DNA of 64,000 nucleotides from a virus (lineage: Duplodnaviria > Caudoviricetes), in the IMG/VR virus record IMGVR_UViG_3300037601_000088, positions 32,001 to 96,000 of that record, one strand, 5' to 3'. Of this stretch, positions 10,448 through 20,916 are shown in pieces. Made by a program: the position numbers and the translations under genes. The number at the start of each line of letters is the position of its first letter. The stretch's first letter is position 1. Under the pieces are notes generated by a model that made no database searches, was not told the DNA's origin, and saw nothing but the letters and a program-made list of their open reading frames with translations.

Positions 10448-12005
10448 CTTCGGTAAATGACATGCTGGAAGAAATCTTATTTGTGGTTTCACTTTCGTTT
10501 TCACTTATATAATTACCAAACATTCTTGATCCTACGGGATGATGTATTTTCTTTAAAATATTCTCGTATTTGTTAAATGGTATAGTTGATCGAATATCAT
10601 ATGAGAAATCTTGATAATAATTACTATCGATTAAAAATTTATTATCACTCAGAAAACCATTTCTATCCTTATAATATCCTGCAGTATGACCGATAGGGGC
10701 TAAAACGAGATTTCCCACTACAGATTTAATTCCGTCAGTAAGGTTGATAGGATCCCCGTTATTATATCCGAGTAAACTATCCTGAACTGATATCTCAGTT
10801 GCTCTATTTGATCCAAATGAAGGGTTTGCGATCCCGAGAGCATTATTTCCTAGAATTGTATCATCGTCCTCATCAACAAAACCAAGTGTTGAAACAACTG
10901 TATCAACAAATTCTATATCGGCAATATTTTCATATCCGGTTCCATCATTTAATGTATTAATCGATGAAATAAATCCAACATCATAATCAGAATAACTTAA
11001 TGTATCCTCAAGTATGGTTGTTGAATCAGTGGTAATATTTGCATTCATTCCATAATCAGCTGCATTTAAATTAGTGTTTGCATAAGGAGCAATTAATATA
11101 GGTGATAATGATAATGTACCGGTTGGTGTAATAACTGGTACGAATTCAGCATCAGAACCAGGATGACCTACATCTCTTTTTACAAGTGCTGTTTCAGTAA
11201 ATTCTGTCGTATAACCAGAACCTTGATTTACTATACTCGGCGATAGAACACCAGCAACAGTATTTGGATCTACATTTGTAATGGTAAATCTCAATCTTTC
11301 ATCATCTTCATCCCATACAACATCACCTTTAGAAAAACCATTGTTTGAAAAGGTAACTCCTACTTTACTTACAGACCCAAGTATCTTAGGAGAATTTTTT
11401 AATTCTGAATAATCTGAATAAATTCTTTCATAAAGAGTAAATGTGCCTGATATATTTGAAAGATAAAGAACAAAATTTTTTCTTCCATTATAAATGATTT
11501 GAGAATAGGCCTGAACATAAGCTGTTGCACCAGATATTTCACCGTTTATAACTTTGCCTTCCAGGGATGAATTTATTTCTTTATTTTCAATTTCAAAGTA
11601 CTGATCAATTGTCCAATCGCCAGAGGAAGTCGTAAAAATATCATCCCTGGGAAGATAGAGTTTTGGCTTTTCATTATAAAGAAGCTGAAAAAGTACTTTT
11701 AACCCATCAATGGATCCTTTAGATCTATAGATGTCTAGAATATGTTTTTGTAGAAGTCTTTGATTTCCCAATATCTCATTTGGTACATTAACCATATATT
11801 GTTTTCTAAAAAATTCTAAAAAACCGTCTGGCGTTTTATCGATATCTAATACATCCAAGAAACCTATTTCAGATGTATTGAGATTTTCCTCTTTCATCCA
11901 TTTGTAATAGACTTCCACAAATGCAATAAAAGAAGGACCAAATTCTGAATAGAATTCTGGAAATTGTGTTTCTACTTGTGTATGAACGTCAGTTAAATTT
12001 AACAA
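10443..12005 (-). CDS. gp7: baseplate wedge initiator gp7-like
   Basis: QFPEF..FVEVYYKWM, YRSKGS and DSNYYQDFSY..HPVG motifs. Confidence 0.75.
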   Translation of the reverse strand: MLNLTDVHTQVETQFPEFYSEFGPSFIAFVEVYYKWMKEENLNTSEIGFLDVLDIDKTPDGFLEFFRKQYMVNVPNEILGNQRLLQKHILDIYRSKGSIDGLKVLFQLLYNEKPKLYLPRDDIFTTSSGDWTIDQYFEIENKEINSSLEGKVINGEISGATAYVQAYSQIIYNGRKNFVLYLSNISGTFTLYERIYSDYSELKNSPKILGSVSKVGVTFSNNGFSKGDVVWDEDDERLRFTITNVDPNTVAGVLSPSIVNQGSGYTTEFTETALVKRDVGHPGSDAEFVPVITPTGTLSLSPILIAPYANTNLNAADYGMNANITTDSTTILEDTLSYSDYDVGFISSINTLNDGTGYENIADIEFVDTVVSTLGFVDEDDDTILGNNALGIANPSFGSNRATEISVQDSLLGYNNGDPINLTDGIKSVVGNLVLAPIGHTAGYYKDRNGFLSDNKFLIDSNYYQDFSYDIRSTIPFNKYENILKKIHHPVGSRMFGNYISENESETTNKISSSMSFTEV

Positions 12006-13750
12006 TTTTCGTATGTAAATGTAAATTGAGATGAATCGAGTATAATAAACTTATTGTTTGTTACACAAATATTCCTAGATGATGGATATGAATAAAGGTT
12101 TATGTGAGAACCATTAAAAGATTGGACTGGGAGAGTAAAGGAAACTGATCCTTTATCATAATCAATAGTTCCAATTGATTTTAATATAACTTCTTCACCA
12201 TTTGAAATATAGGAAATATTTAATTGACCTAATCCATTATCTTTAATTCTAACGGAATAAATTATATCATCATCGTCTCTATAAGAGAAATAATCTGAAA
12301 CGAAAGTACCTTTTTGAAGGTTTTTTACAAATGATAAAGACCATGTTGTATTTTGATTTAATACAGGAATAATTCTTTTAATGAGAGTTGCTCGTGTATC
12401 ATTTGATTGAATTGCTTTATCAACAGAGTTTATGTCTTCTTCAATTCTAGATAAATAAACTTCTTGATTAAATTGATTGTTTGTAATTGTATTATATTCA
12501 ACAAGTTTATTTGTGATAAGTGAAGATAATTCATTTGCCGAATTTTGAGTAGCAGAAGAATCATAAAGAATATTTGTATTAAATCCTACATAATAATAAT
12601 CCAATGGAGATACTCGGGTTTTAACCATGAAATTTTTATTTCTAATTGTTTCTTTAATATCATCAATTAGAGTATTGGGTAAAAATTCTGAACCCTGGAC
12701 CTTTACCGATAAAATTACAGTGTTAAAAACATTAATTTCTTCTCCATCAAAAACATTAATAGCCTCAATTTCAGGAAACTTCGCTAGGAGAAGTGCAGAA
12801 TAATCGTTTTTAGCTATCGCTCTATCTTGTGCAGAAAAATATCTTGGTGCGATATATTTAATTCTGTTATTTGATTCTCTATCGGAACCACCATAAGATC
12901 TAGTTTGCGTAGACACCGTTATATTGGAATAGCCCTGAATTGCGGAGCCTTTAGTAAATCCAGTTAAATTATTTGCATTTGTACCAATTGTATCTCTATA
13001 TGTAACTTTAACTGTTTGATTATTTGAGAGAGCTTTACCAAATATACCATCACCAAATACTAATTGATATTGATTTTCTCCGAAAGCTTGAATAAAATAT
13101 ATTTCTGAACTACCATCAATATTAAAAATATTATCTATTTTTTTATATTTTGTTTCGATTTCATTTTCTACAATATATACTTCAATTGAATTAATATCTA
13201 TATTTTCTGATTGAAGAACAAAATCACTCGTATATGTCGTAATTCTATTTGATGTTGAAGAAACAATATCAAAAAATTCAGTAACCAAAAGACCTTCATG
13301 AACAGTTATATTATTGGCTACATAATTTCCATTATTATTTTTAATCACATAAGATTGATCCGTCAGAAAATCATATGTAGTACCATTAAAAGAACTTTTA
13401 AAGGCATAATTTTTAGGAATTGTAATTGTATCAGGAGCATCGCCAGGAGAAACACTTATATCTATAACCGCCTTTGCACTTGTTGCACTTGACGGCGTAT
13501 AATTAAGCTCTTTTGCTATAGAAACAATCGATGATCTTAATTGAGCAGAATCTAAAAATGCCTCTGAACCAATCATATTTTGGTAATGAAGCTGAAAAGA
13601 CGTATTTTGTATTAAAACATCTAAAAGAGCTGATAAATTTGATGCTTCAAAATTATAATCTTTAAACCTATCTTGACCTTGCAGATAGGTTATGAAAGAT
13701 TGTTTTAATAATGCAGGAGAAACATCCTGAAAAGAAAGTGTGCTAGCCAT
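11999..13750 (-). CDS. gp6: baseplate wedge subunit gp6
   Basis: FKDYNFEASNLSALLD, EAFLDSAQLRSSIVSIAKELNY, AQDRA and GTIDYDKG motifs. Confidence 0.92.
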   Translation of the reverse strand: MASTLSFQDVSPALLKQSFITYLQGQDRFKDYNFEASNLSALLDVLIQNTSFQLHYQNMIGSEAFLDSAQLRSSIVSIAKELNYTPSSATSAKAVIDISVSPGDAPDTITIPKNYAFKSSFNGTTYDFLTDQSYVIKNNNGNYVANNITVHEGLLVTEFFDIVSSTSNRITTYTSDFVLQSENIDINSIEVYIVENEIETKYKKIDNIFNIDGSSEIYFIQAFGENQYQLVFGDGIFGKALSNNQTVKVTYRDTIGTNANNLTGFTKGSAIQGYSNITVSTQTRSYGGSDRESNNRIKYIAPRYFSAQDRAIAKNDYSALLLAKFPEIEAINVFDGEEINVFNTVILSVKVQGSEFLPNTLIDDIKETIRNKNFMVKTRVSPLDYYYVGFNTNILYDSSATQNSANELSSLITNKLVEYNTITNNQFNQEVYLSRIEEDINSVDKAIQSNDTRATLIKRIIPVLNQNTTWSLSFVKNLQKGTFVSDYFSYRDDDDIIYSVRIKDNGLGQLNISYISNGEEVILKSIGTIDYDKGSVSFTLPVQSFNGSHINLYSYPSSRNICVTNNKFIILDSSQFTFTYENC

Positions 13751-13755
13751 ATAAT

Positions 13756-13763
13756 TATTTATA
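13756..13763 (-). promoter_or_regulatory. T4-type late promoter TATAAATA
   Basis: Exact box, 5 nt before the gp6 ATG. Confidence 0.75.
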
Positions 13764-13769
13764 TTAGCT

Positions 13770-13799
13770 GTTTACAAACACATTTTTTTGCGGTATAAA
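13770..13799 (+). promoter_or_regulatory. early sigma70-type promoter
   Basis: GTTTACA-17 nt-TATAAA, like T4 early promoters. Confidence 0.75.
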
Positions 13800-13828
13800 C
13801 AAACCACATTCAGCCAAGGGGCTTAGTT

Positions 13829-14158
13829 ATGACTAACATAGTGACCAAAGAAAAATTGAATGAAATGCTTAATAACGAAGAGATTCGTATGCGTGTAATT
13901 GGTCGTGCACTTGTTCATCTTCGTAATCGTCAGACTCAAGATGAACAAATTGAAGAGAAAACAAAACATTCAAACCTTCGTGGGTTTCAGCCTGCAGATG
14001 CTCGTATGGGAACTTCTATGGCTTCTTATTATGAACGGTTTGGTAAGCTATCTGAAAAACAACAGTCATACTGGATGATTCGCAATTGTAAAGGAACAAT
14101 GCGTCTATCTAAATATTGGCGCCAACTTGATGAAGAAGCCAAGAAAAAAGTTTCGTAA
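13829..14158 (+). CDS. hypothetical early protein
   Basis: AAGGGG RBS; directly after the early promoter. Confidence 0.75.
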   Translation: MTNIVTKEKLNEMLNNEEIRMRVIGRALVHLRNRQTQDEQIEEKTKHSNLRGFQPADARMGTSMASYYERFGKLSEKQQSYWMIRNCKGTMRLSKYWRQLDEEAKKKVS

Positions 14159-14216
14159 AAAATTTATATGGGTTTTACAAGCCTGAAATAATCACCAAAC
14201 TAAAGGAGATTAGATA

Positions 14217-14621
14217 ATGTACAATTATAGTGATGAACTTTATAGTGATTACCACAAAGATGCTTATGGAAATCGCCCGGGTGTGTATGGCATGAAGCGT
14301 TGGAATTCCATGACGCCTGATCAAAAGCAACAAGAATGGGATCGTCTTGGAGTAGCTTTTGCAGATTCTCAAGAGCAAGAACGGCTTGAAAAAGAACGTG
14401 CTCTCACTAACTTTCACAATTCTATTCAGGATATAATGGAAGCGGGCGCAGACGATTATGAAACAGCCATCCGTTGGATGACAGATGGTGAAGTTTTTCA
14501 TAATTCACAATGTATTGATCAATGGGTTTGGGAATTGGGTCTTCTTTTTACCGATACTGGAAAAGAAATCATTAAAATTTTGAATAATCAAATGGGTTGG
14601 AAATATTTTCATCATTACTAA
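14217..14621 (+). CDS. hypothetical early protein (SDxHKDAYGxRP family)
   Basis: AAGGAG RBS; motif common in large phages. Confidence 0.75.
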   Translation: MYNYSDELYSDYHKDAYGNRPGVYGMKRWNSMTPDQKQQEWDRLGVAFADSQEQERLEKERALTNFHNSIQDIMEAGADDYETAIRWMTDGEVFHNSQCIDQWVWELGLLFTDTGKEIIKILNNQMGWKYFHHY

Positions 14622-14629
14622 AAAAGTAT

Positions 14630-14659
14630 GTTTACTTCTGTTATTTTTTAATGTATAAA
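14630..14659 (+). promoter_or_regulatory. early sigma70-type promoter
   Basis: GTTTACT-17 nt-TATAAA. Confidence 0.7.
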
Positions 14660-14728
14660 ATAATCGAAGCTAGATGTGCATTTCTCAGGAAACTGGTGGA
14701 AACTTTAACTTAAGAGAGGATTTATGTT

Positions 14729-14971
14729 ATGATTACCGAGATTGAACTTGTTAAATACCCGAATCTAAATAAATTTAGTATCCTTGTAAATGAAGAAGAA
14801 GGAAGGGATTTTTCATATGATCCAAATGTTAATAATAGTTACGATGTTGCTCGAGCAATGGCTATTTCATTTTTTATTGGATTAGCAGAAGGAATTGAAA
14901 AGGGTGGTTCTACCTGTCAAATTCTAAATGAATGTAATGAAGATGAATTTGACATTCCGGAAATTCAGTGA
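14729..14971 (+). CDS. small hypothetical protein (AISFFxG paralog 1)
   Basis: GAGAGG RBS. Confidence 0.7.
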   Translation: MITEIELVKYPNLNKFSILVNEEEGRDFSYDPNVNNSYDVARAMAISFFIGLAEGIEKGGSTCQILNECNEDEFDIPEIQ

Positions 14972-14984
14972 AAGGAATTATATC

Positions 14985-15245
14985 ATGACTAAAAAAATTG
15001 AAAAAATTGAGTTTGTGAAAAATATTTCCACAAATGAATTTGTTTATATCGCTGATGATAAAATTATATGGAAATTGCCCATTGTAAATGGAGTAAATGA
15101 TAATATCAATATGATTGCGGCAATTTCTTTTTTTGTTGGCATAATTAAAGGAATTCTTTTGTTTCAGGATAATATTTTTGTTCTGAATGTCAAAGATGAA
15201 AATGATCAATATATCATTCGAGACACTTATTGGAAGGATATTTAA
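14985..15245 (+). CDS. small hypothetical protein (AISFFxG paralog 2)
   Basis: AAAGGA RBS before MTKKIE. Confidence 0.65.
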   Translation: MTKKIEKIEFVKNISTNEFVYIADDKIIWKLPIVNGVNDNINMIAAISFFVGIIKGILLFQDNIFVLNVKDENDQYIIRDTYWKDI

Positions 15246-15246
15246 C

Positions 15247-15519
15247 ATGAAACAGGGAAAATTTCATGTTCAGGTTCGGGATAATTCATCTAAAAATGAA
15301 TATATTGTAAAAGTTTTTAAATTTCAGGACGATTATTTAGGTGAATGGTTAAAATTTAGTGAAAAATTTTATCCATATTTAATTGAAAGTGAAAGTATTT
15401 CTTCTGTTGATGCCGGAGTAAGCAAGGCTATAACTAGAAAAACTTCAATTGAATATACATTGGGCTTTATTGATTCGTTGAAATCTTTAAATCATGAAGT
15501 TACAGTAAGCTTAGCTTAA
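15247..15519 (+). CDS. small hypothetical protein
   Basis: AAGGA RBS before MKQGK. Confidence 0.6.
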   Translation: MKQGKFHVQVRDNSSKNEYIVKVFKFQDDYLGEWLKFSEKFYPYLIESESISSVDAGVSKAITRKTSIEYTLGFIDSLKSLNHEVTVSLA

Positions 15520-16782
15520 AGATGTTTCAACTCTAAGCCGTTCGGGATCTGTGTTTTGCATGTGATTCCGAACGGCATTACTTAATTGCCATCCATCCTC
15601 AAAAACACGAGAAGAATAAGGGCTTTGTTCAGTTCCTGAATGGCAAGCTGACAAAGCAATTTGTAATGGTATAGCAGTATCTGCCCGATTTACCTGGAAT
15701 GTTTCAGTTTCTGATGCGCCTGTTATATTTCTGACAGTATCAATCATTTGTGATAATCTTGCCTGTTGACCAGATGAATTAGCTCCTGATGGAAAATTAA
15801 GGGCGCTTATAATTCCGCTTAAATTAAAAGATCCTGACATTGATGATGCATTAGCCATCGAAAATGATTGTGAGGCTGAACCATTGGTTGCTCTTGGGAA
15901 TGCAGCAATTCTTCGTGGCAATAGACTATTAATATCCGTATGATTTAAAGCTGTTGAGGATTCACCAAGCATTGTTTGACCAATCCAGCTAGGAGGCATC
16001 AATGTTGGATTTCTGGCAATAACATTCATTGGAATTCTTGCTCCCTCAGTCAATTCAGAAAGAAAATGACCAATTAGGGAAGAAGCGTCTGCGTTTTGAA
16101 GTCGGACAGAACCACCTCCTGAACCTGATAAACCTCCAGTTAAAGATCCAACTAAACCAGATAACATTCCGGCTAAATTAGAGAATGTATTATCATCAGA
16201 CTCTTCTTGATTATCTACAATATTAGAAGCAGTCTTTAAAAAGCGTGCGAATTTTTTAAGTATTGCTTCAACAGCAGAGGCAAGAAATGCAATTTTATAA
16301 AGATTTTGTACTGCTAATATTTCACCTGGCTTTAAAAGAAGATCTGGATTGTTCAAATCAGGTAAATCAATTACTTCAGAAATAAGTTTAAGGTCTTCAA
16401 TATCTTCAATTAAACAAAGAATAATAAGAAAATCCTCAGCCGAAGACTGACTGACATTTCCATATGATGCAATATATTTTGCTAATTTAACAATATCTTC
16501 CATAATTTCATCGGACAAACCATAATCTTCTTCAGTATTAGGACTTGTTTTTTTACGAACGGTTTTACCTGATCTTATACGAGAAAGCTGACCTGAAAAA
16601 TTGGCGGCAGTTGAAGCAGCCTGAAAAAAGCCATTTGTTCTACCATTTAATGTAAGATCCCCGAAGAAAGATGGTCTTGGCCCAAACCCCCTTTGAATTT
16701 GTGCCATTCCATCTGGATCTAACGAAATAGTATTATCAGATTGTTCACTTCTAGATTGATCTTGCTGAGCTCTTTCAGACAT
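15511..16782 (-). CDS. putative baseplate hub/tail-tip-associated protein
   Basis: Ser/Gly-rich, lysine-poor; downstream of gp5 in the late operon. Confidence 0.5.
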   Translation of the reverse strand: MSERAQQDQSRSEQSDNTISLDPDGMAQIQRGFGPRPSFFGDLTLNGRTNGFFQAASTAANFSGQLSRIRSGKTVRKKTSPNTEEDYGLSDEIMEDIVKLAKYIASYGNVSQSSAEDFLIILCLIEDIEDLKLISEVIDLPDLNNPDLLLKPGEILAVQNLYKIAFLASAVEAILKKFARFLKTASNIVDNQEESDDNTFSNLAGMLSGLVGSLTGGLSGSGGGSVRLQNADASSLIGHFLSELTEGARIPMNVIARNPTLMPPSWIGQTMLGESSTALNHTDINSLLPRRIAAFPRATNGSASQSFSMANASSMSGSFNLSGIISALNFPSGANSSGQQARLSQMIDTVRNITGASETETFQVNRADTAIPLQIALSACHSGTEQSPYSSRVFEDGWQLSNAVRNHMQNTDPERLRVETSLS

Positions 16783-17285
16783 TATTGATTTACAAACCTT
16801 TTTGTTTTCATATCATATAATAAAGGATGTTTTAATATTGTACCCAATTCAATACCAGAATAATTTTTAAACTCTTCATAATCATTAAGTATTATTTTAG
16901 TTAAATATTTATCTACATTATTAATATCACCTAGAACTGCTTCTTCAAATTGATTTTCAAATTCATCATTTGGTCTAACCCCCTCACCGGGTATACCACG
17001 ACCTCTTTGAGTAAAAAAACTATAAGGAACGATTTTATAACGTTGTGCTAATTTTCTCTGATCTAATTCTAGTATAATGTTTCCAAAATGACCAGATAAA
17101 GCATATTTTAGCGAACGAGTAAATGATATATTTCTTTTTTGTTTCTTATTATTAAGCATACGATGAAGATCGTATGTACCGCCTAACATCTTATTTTTTT
17201 TTAATATTTTGTAAACTCTTATAGTAGTTGTAGCATGATATAAAAATCCGCCTCTACCTTCTTCTAAATATTGTTTAAATGTCAT
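16782..17285 (-). CDS. putative internal head protein, ADP-ribosyltransferase-like (paralog A)
   Basis: N-terminus MTFKQYLEE; LYHAT / ISFTRS / QFEE motifs. Confidence 0.6.
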   Translation of the reverse strand: MTFKQYLEEGRGGFLYHATTTIRVYKILKKNKMLGGTYDLHRMLNNKKQKRNISFTRSLKYALSGHFGNIILELDQRKLAQRYKIVPYSFFTQRGRGIPGEGVRPNDEFENQFEEAVLGDINNVDKYLTKIILNDYEEFKNYSGIELGTILKHPLLYDMKTKRFVNQ

Positions 17286-17774
17286 TTATACCCCACGAAA
17301 ATTCATTTCAATTACTGGGATTCTTTTTTTCTTAAGAAGATTTAAGAGTTCTGGTAAATCATCTTCATTATATGTTGGGCTATTATGAATATAAGCTCTA
17401 GTAATATATGAATTTACATTTCTAATGTCACCCAAAATAACTTCTTCATATTCAGTATTTCCAAGTCTATAGCTATTCCAAAAATTAAAAGGTTTTATTC
17501 TATAGTTTTGTGCTAGTTTTCTCTGATCAAACTCAAATACTACTATATTTTCTGCGTTTTCATAATTTTCAACAAATTTTATTGCGTATTTCAAACTTCT
17601 GGTGGTTGATACACATTTTTTTCCATAAAATGGGTGATCACGTTTTTCAAATGCTTCGTTTTTGGCTTGTAGAATATTACTCATTAATATACTACGGCCT
17701 CTATATAATGGAGTCCCATGATACAAAGGTGCCATACGTGATTCTTCAAGATATTCTTTAAAGGAGGAGCTCAT
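17286..17774 (-). CDS. putative internal head protein, ADP-ribosyltransferase-like (paralog B)
   Basis: N-terminus MSSSFKEYLEE; LYHGT / VSTTRS / EYEE motifs. Confidence 0.6.
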   Translation of the reverse strand: MSSSFKEYLEESRMAPLYHGTPLYRGRSILMSNILQAKNEAFEKRDHPFYGKKCVSTTRSLKYAIKFVENYENAENIVVFEFDQRKLAQNYRIKPFNFWNSYRLGNTEYEEVILGDIRNVNSYITRAYIHNSPTYNEDDLPELLNLLKKKRIPVIEMNFRGV

Positions 17775-19627
17775 TACGTTCTTCTAACGCCTCTTCTAAC
17801 AAGATAATCAACACTAATACCTGCTGTTCTAGAACGGCATCTAGGATCACCACATGTTAATACTGAAGGGCTTCCACCTCCTCTAGAAGCTCTTAAATGA
17901 ACATGTGTTCTTCCAGACGTATTTCTTTCCAGGAATACTTGGTCAACTGGTAAATTATCACGAGCAAAGGCTGCAATTTCAGCGTGTGTTGTTAAAGATC
18001 TTGATTGAACAACTAAATCTATCGCTCTGCCTGTTCTATGGTTACTACTATTAGATCTATAAGCAGAAGTAATGATAACATCAGGAAATCTTTCACGGAT
18101 AGGATCTAATACATTATATGCCGCATAAATATGTTCCCGAACAATTTGTTCATAGATTGAAGATGGTATATTATGGGAATGTCTTGCATTAATAATTTCA
18201 CCTAATGTAAATCTACGGCTAATTAATGTACCAGTACTTCCTCTTGCTGGGACTGATATTCCAGGGTCTGACCCCTGAATACCATTTGGTCTATTCATTG
18301 GAGAAACTTCAGGAATTGATCCGTATGAATCTCTCTGTGGTGGATTTGTAGAACCTCTATTTGGTGATGAATATTCCTGATAAACTTCTTCTGCTTGAGG
18401 AGTATAATCGTGTGATACAAGATGAATCCCACCAGAATCTGCCGATTGCCGAATACCATTCATTGGATATTGTGGATATCTCCTAGCCGAAGTCATACTA
18501 TCAACAACATCGTTGACTTCTGGGTATTCTGCCGGTGTCGTATCTTCTATATTAGGACAACTTACTGTGCCAGAAGGACTAGATCCAATAGGTCCGGTTG
18601 ACCCAGATGGTGTTGGAGCAATCAATGTTCCTGTGGCAAGTGTGACCGTTGATCCAGAAACAGTAGAGGAAGACCCAGTTAGAATAGCTTCACCACCAGC
18701 ATGAAGATTTAACTCACCCTCTGAAGAAACTTTAGTATCTGGTGATGCTATATCAATCGAAGAAGCGCCAGATACTTTAGTATCACTATCAGAAACAAAT
18801 TGTGCTTCACCAACTGAACCAAAAATACCATCTCCTTCAGCAACAACAGTCATATTTCCTTTTGAATACTGACCAAAATTGCCTTCGGATTGTTGCGTAA
18901 TATTACCTGTTACCTGTAATGAAGAATCGCCTTCAATTCTTGAAGTATCAGCGCCACCAACATCTAAAATATTATCAGAAGAAACCTGTAAACGATTATC
19001 ACCTGCGACAACTTGTCGATTAATACCCCCTATAATTTCAACCTGATCTTGTGTAATATTTGTAGAAACGGAACCATCAATAGTTTGTTCTAATTGGTTT
19101 GCTGATATTTTTATTGCATCAGCAGTAATATTCATAAGCCCAGCAGCATTTAAATTTAGTGAGCCGGATGATTCAATACTTAAATTTGAACCACGAACAA
19201 CAACATCTCCAGAAGCAGAAAGATAGGCGTCGCCTCCTGGGGCTGATACACCAATACCTCTTCTTGAATTAGATGTAAGAAAGACAGAACCATCTGGATC
19301 TATTTGTAAAGATGCTCCTTCAGGATGGTTTAATGTAATAGTTTCTCCACCTGGACCACCATTAATTTGAACAGAAGCTCCAGATTCGGAAGTGTATCCC
19401 CATACTTGATTTGGAGTACCGGGGTTTACATTGGGAATACCATCTCCTGCACCGGTTAGAACGTGAGGACTTTCTTGTTCATCAATATAATGAGGGTTTT
19501 CTGGAGAAGTTTCAACTCGATTAACTGTTATAGGAACAGTAACAACTGGCCTTGCACCAGATTTACCTGTTCTACTGCCATAACTTGTTTGATTTTTATT
19601 GTATTCTCTACCTGGTTGTGTCGTCAT
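17774..19627 (-). CDS. gp5: gp5-like central spike beta-helix with C-terminal peptidase M15A domain
   Basis: TSESG..HPEG gp5 segment and VxG repeats; ITSAYRS..SNHRTGRAID..HVH M15 motif. Confidence 0.75.
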   Translation of the reverse strand: MTTQPGREYNKNQTSYGSRTGKSGARPVVTVPITVNRVETSPENPHYIDEQESPHVLTGAGDGIPNVNPGTPNQVWGYTSESGASVQINGGPGGETITLNHPEGASLQIDPDGSVFLTSNSRRGIGVSAPGGDAYLSASGDVVVRGSNLSIESSGSLNLNAAGLMNITADAIKISANQLEQTIDGSVSTNITQDQVEIIGGINRQVVAGDNRLQVSSDNILDVGGADTSRIEGDSSLQVTGNITQQSEGNFGQYSKGNMTVVAEGDGIFGSVGEAQFVSDSDTKVSGASSIDIASPDTKVSSEGELNLHAGGEAILTGSSSTVSGSTVTLATGTLIAPTPSGSTGPIGSSPSGTVSCPNIEDTTPAEYPEVNDVVDSMTSARRYPQYPMNGIRQSADSGGIHLVSHDYTPQAEEVYQEYSSPNRGSTNPPQRDSYGSIPEVSPMNRPNGIQGSDPGISVPARGSTGTLISRRFTLGEIINARHSHNIPSSIYEQIVREHIYAAYNVLDPIRERFPDVIITSAYRSNSSNHRTGRAIDLVVQSRSLTTHAEIAAFARDNLPVDQVFLERNTSGRTHVHLRASRGGGSPSVLTCGDPRCRSRTAGISVDYLVRRGVRRT

Positions 19628-19633
19628 TTATCT

Positions 19634-20125
19634 TTAATACCAATTTACATTATAATATTCTAAATGTATTTTATATTTTTTACAGTATGTTTCTACTACA
19701 TATGCTACATTTTCTAACCATCCACTGCCATAAATCGCATCATGAACATTTCCTGGGAAATATATTGCTACGAGATATTTATTTAATGGTTTAAGATCTT
19801 TATATATTTCTTCTTCATATTCATTTCTTTTTTGTGCCTTAGTAAATCTGGTATGTTTTGGTTTGTGATCACCACCATCATGATCATTATACCAATTATA
19901 TGGCTTTATTTTGTATGTTTGTGAAATTTTATGTTGATCTAATTCTAAAAGTAAATGATGTATGTTTTGAACATAGCGTTTTGATCTAGAGAAACTTAAT
20001 GTTTTGAATTTAGGTGAAATTTTCAAAACATTATTGTTTAAAATTTCTTCAATATTTTCTAAACTCGTTCCATGGTACAGTGGAGCCATTCTAGCTTCTT
20101 CTAAGTATTGTTTAAAATTATCCAT
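19634..20125 (-). CDS. putative internal head protein, ADP-ribosyltransferase-like (paralog C)
   Basis: N-terminus MDNFKQYLEE; LYHGT / LSFSRS / EYEE motifs. Confidence 0.6.
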   Translation of the reverse strand: MDNFKQYLEEARMAPLYHGTSLENIEEILNNNVLKISPKFKTLSFSRSKRYVQNIHHLLLELDQHKISQTYKIKPYNWYNDHDGGDHKPKHTRFTKAQKRNEYEEEIYKDLKPLNKYLVAIYFPGNVHDAIYGSGWLENVAYVVETYCKKYKIHLEYYNVNWY

Positions 20126-20915
20126 TCTGAATTACATCTCTTGTAACAATATTTGTTTCATTGAATGTAAGGCTTAATTCTACAGAAACAGGAGCACCAT
20201 TCCAATATAAAACCATGCCATCTCCAGAAGAAGATTGAAAACTCATAGAACTAATAAACGATCTATAATATTTAGGTAAATATTCTGCAGTTGGACCCTG
20301 AAATTCTACAAATACAAGATCTGGATAGTCCAATGCATATCCTGAAAAGCTTTCTGCTGGATGCATTCTTTCTCGAATAGTTCCTACAATCCGATTAATT
20401 TCATTTGCTTCTTGTTCTGACCTAGCAGAAAATCTCCAGGTTAAATTATAAACCCTTAATTGAACCCCGTCAAAGAACGCAACCGTATGAGGGTTTTTAA
20501 TTACGCCCGCTGTAACTTGTGCAGCAGTAACCCTGTCATCACCGAAGCGGCCTGGAGCAAGAGCAATACCAGTTGCTATATCTTTGGCAGACAGGCTGGC
20601 ATATTCGCCTTGTGCGCGCTGTACGAGGTCCGATACCGAAGTACCTGAAACAGTATCAGTAAATGATTCTAAATTTCCAATAATACCTGCATCATATGAG
20701 TTTGATTTGATTTGATTTACTTCAGGAACTTGAACCGGCAGAGGCAGTGATATAGTGTTTGTGGTTCTTGATTGTATTTCATCTGCCGGCGTTGTTCTTG
20801 AATATTCCACAAATCTTAACATTGTAAAATTATCAAGCTGCTCGTTTAAAGGAAAGCGAGATGATCCTACAGAACTAGAAGCTCTTCTTGACGTTGAATT
20901 GGGGTCTGAACTCAT
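20118..20915 (-). CDS. gp48: baseplate tail tube cap gp48-like
   Basis: ISLPLP, NPH..FDGVQLRVYNLTWRFSARSEQEA and P..VELSLTFNE motifs. Confidence 0.8.
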   Translation of the reverse strand: MSSDPNSTSRRASSSVGSSRFPLNEQLDNFTMLRFVEYSRTTPADEIQSRTTNTISLPLPVQVPEVNQIKSNSYDAGIIGNLESFTDTVSGTSVSDLVQRAQGEYASLSAKDIATGIALAPGRFGDDRVTAAQVTAGVIKNPHTVAFFDGVQLRVYNLTWRFSARSEQEANEINRIVGTIRERMHPAESFSGYALDYPDLVFVEFQGPTAEYLPKYYRSFISSMSFQSSSGDGMVLYWNGAPVSVELSLTFNETNIVTRDVIQNG

Positions 20916-20916
20916 A

